From: Octopus vulgaris
Lineage: Eukaryota
Reading direction: 5' to 3'
NCBI GenBank assembly: GCA_951406725.2
Contig: OX597816.1
Coordinates: 43,958,001-44,022,000 of the forward strand
Length of the DNA stretch: 64,000 bases
Position numbers and translations under genes: made by a program. Below are positions 55,506 through 64,000 of this stretch, piece after piece; positions within the stretch are counted from its first letter, which is position 1, and every line of letters starts with the position of its first letter. A model generated the notes under the pieces. The model was not told the DNA's origin. It saw nothing but the letters and a program-made list of their open reading frames with translations, and made no database searches.

Positions 55506-55846
55506 ATCATAAAAATTGTATACCATTAAATATTTCTACTTAGGCTTAACATACTCCTAAACTATTCGCAAAGTTTTATTTAGTGCAATATGATTGAAAA
55601 ATAGCATGCGGCATTCAATTGATGTAAGTTGATTAAAGGTAACAATGAAATGCCTAACTACGGAAGTGTAACTGTTTGAATTGTGGCTGAGATACCTCTG
55701 TATGTTTGGATACCTTTTTAAACCAGACAATAACCAAAGGTAAGAAACATGATGACGGATGCTGTTAAAGTAAGCCTTCGAGCATGGCGATATCATTTTG
55801 CGCGCACGCGTGTCTGTGCGTGTGCGTGCGTGTACGCATATGTTTG

Positions 55847-56009
55847 TGTGGTTGTGTGGTAATATGCTTGCTTCCTAACCACATGGTTCCCAGTTCAGTC
55901 CTACTGCGTGGCACCTTGGACAAATGTCTTCTACCATGGCCTCGGACCAAAGCCACGTAGGACTAAACTCGGAACGATGTGGTTTTGAAGGAAGCTTCTT
56001 GCTACACAC
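55847..56009. mobile_element. Two family A SINE heads in fold-back arrangement
   Basis: Plus head at 55847-55954 is followed directly by a minus head at 55952-56009. Confidence 0.75.
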
Positions 56010-56535
56010 TCACGTATACATATGTAGATATATGCACATGTGTATTTGTGTATGAAACATTACAACATTACCCGCTTCATGAACTGGTACCATCCTGCGA
56101 CATGCTTTAGCTACTTGATCTAGGTAACTATATAATCTCGAAGAGACTGATAGACCCACTCTTCCGACGCAAGACATGACGAGCAAAACATTAAGGATGT
56201 GAGGGGGAAATAGAAGAGAGAAAGGGTTACAGTACCATTTAGGTGTCACACTTTATACAGGTCTAGCTTTGATAAACGTGAAATAGAGCACCTTCACGCA
56301 CACGCACATACATACCCACACATATACACACTCACGCACATACACAGTCGCACGCAAATATATATATGTGTGTGCGTGTGTATGTATGTTTCTGTGTACA
56401 TATCTATATCTATGCATTATATAGATAAAGACACGTGCACTCATATCCACTCAAAACAAACGCATAAACACTGACATGCGCATATGTATGTATGTACACA
56501 TATGCATACATATATATATATACATTTATAGGTAT

Positions 56536-56583
<48 letters not shown>

Positions 56584-56630
56584 GTATGTATATATATATA
56601 TATATATATGTATATGTATGTATATATATA

Positions 56631-57006
56631 TCTCTCTATATATAAACGGCAGTTTGTCTGTGCGTGTTTCTGTGTGTCTGCTTTCTCGTACCCTCACTCT
56701 GACCACGGCTTTCAACTGATTCTGATGAAACTTGACACACACATAGCCCAATGTCATAATTCAAAACTAACGCAGCGAAAATTTTGAAAAGTTCCCCCAG
56801 TTCTGAAAAAGATCGGTAAATTCGACATGGGGTCGACAATCAGAAACACAAATCACAGGGGACGCAACTCGACCTTTTTAACTATCAAAAAAAAATTTAC
56901 CATCATTTTTTTCCCCATTTTTTGCTATTTTTTGGCTATAGCTCTCTAAAAATGCTTTATAGTTATTTCCCTTACAAACCCGAGCAACGCCGGGCGATAC
57001 TGCTAG
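56631..57006 (+). mobile_element. Non-autonomous Helitron
   Basis: 5' TC after A, 3' CTAG before T (57003-57006), subterminal hairpin CCCGAGCAACGCCGGG (56979-56994), no TSD. Confidence 0.8.
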
Positions 57007-57199
57007 TATATATATATGTTCAACATCACAATCAAGGAACGGCCATAATAGGCCATTCACCCACTAGAAATAACAGCCAAAAGCTTTAACCGCAAAATAA
57101 CATTAATTCCGTAAACCAGGAGAAAATTAAAAAACATTTACCCTGTAATTTCTTAGACGATGCACCGTTTCATCTACCGTTTAATGGTAAACTAACCTG

Positions 57200-57279
<80 letters not shown>

Positions 57280-57487
57280 GTATATGTATGTATATATATA
57301 TACATATACATATATATATGTATATGTATGTATATATATATACATATACATATATATATGTATATGTATGTATATATATATATATACATACATATACATA
57401 TATATATGTATATGTATATATATATACATACATATACATATATATATGTATATGTATATATATATACATGCATATACATATATATGT

Positions 57488-57563
<76 letters not shown>

Positions 57564-57640
57564 ATGTATATGTATGTATATATATACATATACATATATA
57601 TATGTATATGTATGTATGTATGTTTGTATGTATATATATA
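57200..57640. repeat. (TA)/(TACA)/(TATG) compound microsatellite
   Basis: Directly visible. Confidence 0.96.
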
Positions 57641-57896
57641 TGCTCCTGTGTCGCATTGTATATAGTCCTGAGTGTAGGTATGTATAGTTGTCTAAGCCTA
57701 TTCCCTCTTGTACGTGCGTGGATATATTTAGTCCGAATATACTAGTTAGGTTATATACAAACATATAACACTAACCCATCAAAAATAATATCATCGACTT
57801 GCATAGCATTTGATAGCAAGTAGAAATTGATATATGATCTCGTAAATAATTGTATAAGGTTGATTTGTTTCGTTACTGTGTATGTGTGTGTGCGTG

Positions 57897-57950
<54 letters not shown>

Positions 57951-58311
57951 TCTTTTCGCACTTTTTGTAATATATGACATGAAGGCCGATAGATTATGAT
58001 AGCTAATATATATATACAAATATATACACCGGGATGATGTATTGTGTATGTACGATGGAATGTTAAGTACTATATATAAAGATTTTCGTTGTTTTTTGTT
58101 ATTTTATACATTTTGCTTTCATTTTTAATGTGCTTTGAATATATATATATATATATATATATCATTGCTCCTCTCTAACATATTGGATATACAAACGATT
58201 TTATGTGCTATATAATCTTCAAGTCGATAACGTATTCTGTCGTAATATATACATACATACACTTACATACTCACACAAACACAGTGTTGAACACAAGACG
58301 TAGATTGTATA

Positions 58312-59270
58312 ATTTATTGGGGGTATTTTTCCGGGTTCTGATTCGGTCCGGACCTCCAGATGGACACACACTGGGACAATATAACGAACAGGATGACTAC
58401 GCTCACCCAGAAATGGCCCGAGAGAACGCTATCAATGAAACGTCGGACAAAGGTGTCTAACGCGTCCGTCATCTACTGTCGCTTGACCTGGTGCCTTGTC
58501 CTGGCCACCGTATACTCTTCTGCTTCCAAAAATCGCTGGACTGGCAGTGCTACCGGGGAGCTTTCCCTGTTCGCGATAAACTTTGCAGGCACAGAAGTGC
58601 CGTCTGCCGATCATCTTCGAGATTCGCACAGAACAACGAGACCGTCCAGCATGCATTCCTCCAGTGTCCGAGTATTGATGACCTGTGGATTTATGTTGAA
58701 CATTTGCTGTCGCATACGGGATGGATCCGTCTGTCAACTGAATCCAGCATGAACATCGCCCCTCCGGCTTCTTTAAACCAGGAAGGAATTACTGTTTTTA
58801 TATGCCTGGTGGCTATGGCGAAAGATGGATGGTGGACGAGACTGAAGGGGCTCAAGCAAAACACTTTTCTTTTTAGCCAATCCCTGATGAACTGCTTCAA
58901 GTTTTACTTGAAAAGGAAAATAAGGGTAGAGAGGGAAGTGTTGTCTTCTAGCCAGTTTGCTGAAAGGTGGATGAAAGTCGCGAGAATGACGCGAGTGAAT
59001 GGGCCTGCCCTGAGCATAAGCCTGCAGTAGGAGAAAAGGAAAAAAAAAGAAGGCACCTGCCCCCAAAGTCAGACTACTGGGGTTTTTTAAGGGGTTGTTC
59101 CCTGAGCAGCCCTTGAACGTCTCTTCCCTATTGTTTACACACAAAACCCTCATAACACACTCACACACATACACGCACACACACACACACATTATTTCTT
59201 TTTTCTTGTGCTGTTCGTGATGATTTTCTTAATGGGAACCCTTGTGGTTAATAAAGAAATCATTATTATT
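58312..59270 (+). mobile_element. Tx1/L1-group LINE 3' fragment: post-RT region, zf-RVT-like C-terminus and 3'UTR, internally deleted
   Basis: GPDLQMDTHWDNITNRMTTLTQKWPERTLSMKRR..SVIYCRLT and WQCYRGAFPVRDKL..ETVQHAFLQCP..WWTRLKG (ORFs 58360-58752, 58491-59030). Ends CCCTTGTGGTTAATAAAGAAATCATTATTATT. Confidence 0.85.
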
Positions 59271-59370
59271 GTTGCTGTTGTTTTACTTATCATAACGCTC
59301 GGTCTTCTTTGCTCTGGTAGATTCTGAGAGGTTTCATAGGATCTCTTTCCGCACATCATCATTGTTATTG

Positions 59371-59404
<34 letters not shown>

Positions 59405-59949
59405 TTCCTATACGCACAGCAGATTAGACTGGTTGGAAAAAAAAAAACTTCTCGGCATCGTACTACAACAAAACATACATGCCAAGAACCTTCCTAAAGT
59501 ATCCTAGCTGTACCTAATAACTCCCTGGAGCTGATGATAATAATGCTGGTGCTGCTAATGATGAGGAGGAGGATGGTGATGATGACGTGGATGATGACCA
59601 CAACCATGATGATGATGATGATGATCATCATCATCATCGTCATCGTCATTAACTTCATCATCATCATCATCATCATCGCTATTATTTTTATTCTTTTATT
59701 TGCCAGAAAGTGGTGGGCCATGAAGGCAATATTTGAAAGACAAAGTTCATGTGTAAAGTACTTGGATCTTGAAAAAACCTTCATTAACTTTACAGATATC
59801 AACATCTTAATCATCCTGCTGAACTATACACACACACTTAAACACCAACGCTTTCAATAAATTCAACAACTTTCACGCATATTATGTTTTCACCTTTTAT
59901 CATACCTAATCTAAACGATCCCTTTTCTAACTCCAATGTCCTCTGCCTC

Positions 59950-60635
59950 TGCCTCTACTGTTTGTCCAGCTGCGACAGAGATTTTCAATCATACTACATC
60001 TTACATCCTTATTATTCGACGTGTATAACTCTCCCCGCTTTATCCAAATCGCACTAATTCGGGGTCGCCAAGTCACCCAAGCACCTTCCCAACTGCATGG
60101 ATATGCCTCCCCTTTTCCACAACATCGTCGTATCTCACCGCCATAAATTCTTCTAACACATCTAATCGAATTCAACCCACCCTCTCTCCCCTTATGTCGA
60201 CCACTTCTCTCCTTTTACCCACTTCCTTCTTCTTTCAAGCGTTACTGTAACATATGCCACTTACAAGTCAGTATCAACCTCCGCACCCGCTTTTCTCGGA
60301 TCCTCCTCTTATTCCCGGCCCCGTTCTCACACTTGTCCTTTCCTCAACAACCACCGCCGCCCTCTCACGACACAACCACCACACATTCCATATTTCATGA
60401 TTCCTTCCCCTGCTTTGTACATCGGTCATCCATCCTACCATTTAGTTGACCGATTCATGCAATATTTTCGTGACATCCGGGTCAATAATCAGAGCTCTAT
60501 CTCTCTCCCTATTTCCACTCAGATCACCACTCAAACACGACATTTAACAATGGCTTGGCGTGACGTTACTCAGTGTGTCCACTAAGCCTTCGCTTCGGAG
60601 AGAGCAGCGTTGTATTTTTAATTTACTCACACGCA
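59950..60635 (+). mobile_element. Decayed Penelope-like element, GIY-YIG endonuclease C-terminus
   Basis: ALYIGHPSYHLVDRFMQYFRDIR (cf. LYIGQTGR.L.DRF.EHLRDI) and LRREQRCIFNL (cf. R..REQ.LIF.L). Upstream HTCPFL resembles a Cys-linker remnant. Confidence 0.6.
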
Positions 60636-61084
60636 ATTCAGCCTCATTTCAACACACACGCAATTCAGCCTCAATTCAGACACACACGCACGCACGCACA
60701 TGCCAACATAGCATTAATGTCATAAAACATGGCAATATTCGTGTCAACTGCATAAATACACTCGCATTACGTTATGACAGGCTTATTCCTGCATCCGCAT
60801 GCATAAAAACAAAACCCATACATATAACAAATATACTCAGTAAGTCGCACGCACAGATGACCTGAAAGACATATGCACACCAAAAGCACTTCTCCTTAAC
60901 ACACACACACACACGCAAACATACACACACACGCACACAAACACACACACACACAAACACAAACACACACAAACACAAACACACACATGTACACATACCA
61001 ACTAGCCCACAGACTTACGTCTGACCGTACATTCACTCTCCTCCCAAAACATACTCCATTTAGTCTAAACTTTATTTCTCATCG

Positions 61085-61390
61085 AGGTGTGAATTAGTGG
61101 GTAGCGTATTCGACTGACGATCAAAGGGCCATGAGTTCGACCCCTGGCGATGCACGGCGTCCTTGAGCAAAACACATTACTTCACGTTGATCCAGTTTAC
61201 ACCACTGGTACCTGAATTTTAAAGGGCCATCCTTGTTACATTCTGTGTCACGCTGATTCTTCCTGAGAAATACGTTAATGATATACAAGACTCTGGAGTA
61301 TTCAGCCACTTGCACTTTAACTTCAGGAGGTGGCTGTTCCTTTGATCGGATCAAATGGAAATTTTGTCGCCATGACCGACAGAGCGCCAG
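61085..61390 (+). mobile_element. SINE, head C plus tail B, diverged
   Basis: GAGTTCGACCCC B box, GTCCTTGAGCAAAACAC, TGTCACGCTGA, TCAGCCACTTGCAC, TTGATCGGATCAA. Confidence 0.75.
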
Positions 61391-61917
61391 TTAATACTGG
61401 TCACATAGCAGTCAAACATGTAAACCAATACCAGGTGCCTTTTCGGTTTCTCTTCTTTCGCTTTCTTTGCACTTCGTTTCCCAGTTTCTCCTGTATTTTT
61501 CCGCTTCCATTTTGCATTATGCGGAGGACATTGTTCGAAAAGCTGTAACCATTAAACGTTTTCCCTTCTCTCAAGCGTCAAAGTAATAACACTGACTGTG
61601 AACCAATCCGGTCTGTGTTTTTGTTCAGCACTTTTCTTATATTTGTCATATATGTGTGTGTGTGTGTGTCTCTGTCTGTCTGTGTGTGTGTGTGTGTGTC
61701 TGTATACATACACATACATCAGTACCTATATTTAGGTACGTGTCTGCATTTTTGTATACGTATGACAAATCGCGCGTCAAATTCCTTTCCTCTACTTGAA
61801 AGGCAGCATAAGCATTCGATAATTAGAGATCGACAAAAGTAGATACCAAACTGATATATGTTTAGGTTCGATATCACGGACTGCATCTAGGTGTATGCGT
61901 ATTGCAGCACTCACACA

Positions 61918-61961
<44 letters not shown>

Positions 61962-62174
61962 TACGTGTTTACACACTGTCACACACATCCTTTTAAAGTC
62001 ATCTCTCCTATATATGTCACCTTGAGACGGATGACTAATTCAGAAAGCCAAAATTGACAAATTCTTTTCTATTTGGCGACAATATTTTATAGCACCATGG
62101 TTAGCAGGCCATAATTATCTGTCAGGTCTCTGTTATTTAATAGCCATTCTCAAGATTTTGTTGAGAGTTACGTA

Positions 62175-62550
<376 letters not shown>

Positions 62551-63103
62551 TAGAAATTTGGGGTGAGTACTTGATAATTATAAGCACCCAAAACTTCTAC
62601 AACTAAATTTTATCAATCTCCTGACCACCATGTTTGGTCCGTAACCTCTATACATCCCTTATCTTTATATTTTTTTACATTTTTATCATGTTTATTCCTA
62701 TTTTTATTTTTTTACTTTTTACTTTTATTTCTATTTCTATTTTTACTTTATAACCTTATGCCTTTACATTTATTTATATTTCCTTATATTTCTTTATATT
62801 CTTTATACCCCCTTTACATCTCCTTATATCCCTTTATATCTTTATACTCTACATTTTTATATTTTTCTATACTTACACTTTTTATACATTTTTTATCCCT
62901 CGTCCTGAATTCTCGCCCCTCCATCTTCACGTCTATATATATTACTTCAACATCCAAATTTCCTCATTCTACATTGAGAGAAGAAAGAGATGGACGCTTC
63001 AATTCTATGCTGTTGCCGCATTATGTCGTACGCGAATGAGAGGATTTGCATCCCCAACCAAGAATTTTTGATGTAAGACATGTCCTTGTGGAAGCTGTTG
63101 TGC

Positions 63104-63181
63104 GCGGCTGAAGAAGGCCACAGACATACATTATGCATTGTTATAAATCTGTCTAATAAAGGCCCGAAACATATGTACCGC
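63104..63181 (+). ncRNA. Minimal type I hammerhead ribozyme, Penelope-associated type
   Basis: Stem I GCGG/CCGC, core CTGAAGA (63108-63114), stem II GGCC..GGCC with long insert, GAAA (63166-63169), palindromic stem III ACATATGT, cleavage triplet GTA (63175-63177). Confidence 0.75.
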
Positions 63182-63271
63182 TGAATCCTTCGCATCATGT
63201 TTTTATTTTGATCAATATATAAATATATATATATATATATATACGTGTGTGTGTATGTATGTATATATATA

Positions 63272-64000
63272 TCCTTAAATCCTTAAATCCTTAAAAATGT
63301 TTTAGCCCGAAGGCCGCGGCCATGCTGGGGCACCACCGCTGAATGAGCTACACTAGTTTGTGAATCTACCTCTGATACGTGGCACTTGATCAACAAGGGA
63401 GTTCGATGCTGCTGCCCGCATCCGTGTCTCCTGTCGTGAGGTAGGTTCATCTGGGACTCCCAACAAGAAGAGATCCAGTTTAGTTTTAAAGAAACCCACA
63501 TCCACACCATGTAAGTCTCTCAGGCATTTAGGGAGGATGTTAAAGAGCTGTGGTCCTCTGAAACCCAAGCTGTTGCAGTATCTGGACCTGTATTTTGATG
63601 GTGATGTTGGAATCCTTGGCACCACGCAGCGGCGCCCGTTCTGCGGTTGGAGTAACTTTGAATGCCAAAGTTTGGGACAAGACCCTCCAGGATTTTCCAG
63701 ATGTATATCACTGCATATCTCTCCCGCCTCCGCTCCAGGGAGAAGAGGTTTAATACCTTCAGTCTTTCCCAGTAGCTGACATTTTGCATTGAGACGATTT
63801 TCTTTGTGTAGCTTCTCTGAGTTGCTTCGAGTTCTGCTGTTTGTTTTATATTGTGTGGTGACCAAAGTTGGGAGCAGTAGTCCAAGCGGCTGAGGACAAA
63901 TGTTTTCCATAGGACCATCAGTGTCTCCTTCTCTCTTGTTCTGAAAGTTCGGAGAATCCATCCAGCTAGCCGTCTGCATTTTATCACCAGATTAGCAATA
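63272..64000 (-). mobile_element. Young CR1-group LINE 3' end: RT C-terminus, 3' stem-loop, (ATTTAAGG)n tail; continues beyond the window
   Basis: LWKTFVLSRLDYCSQLWSP..LEATQRSYTKKI..SYWERLKVLNLFSLERRRERY, one frameshift near 63635, then GPQLFNILPKCLR..FKTKLDLFL, stop at 63353, and an 8-nt tandem tail. Confidence 0.92.

Noticed and set aside
63272-63297. (CCTTAAAT)n as telomeric repeat
   Set aside because: It is an 8-nt unit directly after a LINE 3'UTR, so it is the retrotransposon tail and not TTAGGG.

Overview
This is AT-rich, extremely microsatellite-dense eukaryotic intronic/intergenic DNA. The SINE/LINE repertoire and (TA)n/(TATG)n load point to an octopus (coleoid cephalopod) genome, which is an inference. 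No intact, recognisable host protein-coding gene is visible. Almost all long ORFs in the track are translations of simple repeats. Supported content: (1) about 20 tRNA-derived SINE copies built from shuffled head/body/tail modules; (2) decayed LINE fragments of five groups (Tx1/L1-like x2, RTE-like x2, R4/Dong-like, Penelope-like, and a young CR1-group 3' end); (3) mariner, Tigger/pogo and Helitron derivatives; (4) one isolated CpG island at ~27.3-27.8 kb that probably marks a promoter or first exon, plus a few candidate exons; (5) a block of near-identical local duplications at 46.8-53.2 kb that may be partly an assembly artefact. Most interesting observations: a complete minimal type I hammerhead ribozyme (63104-63181); two apparent SINE-LINE partnerships seen as shared 3' ends, one with a compensatory stem-loop change; an R4/Dong-like fragment sitting in a (TACA)n microsatellite; and a perfect 30-bp hairpin at 42978-43061. 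I did not find evidence for a novel multi-gene system. All homology calls come from manual translation and motif recall, not database searches.
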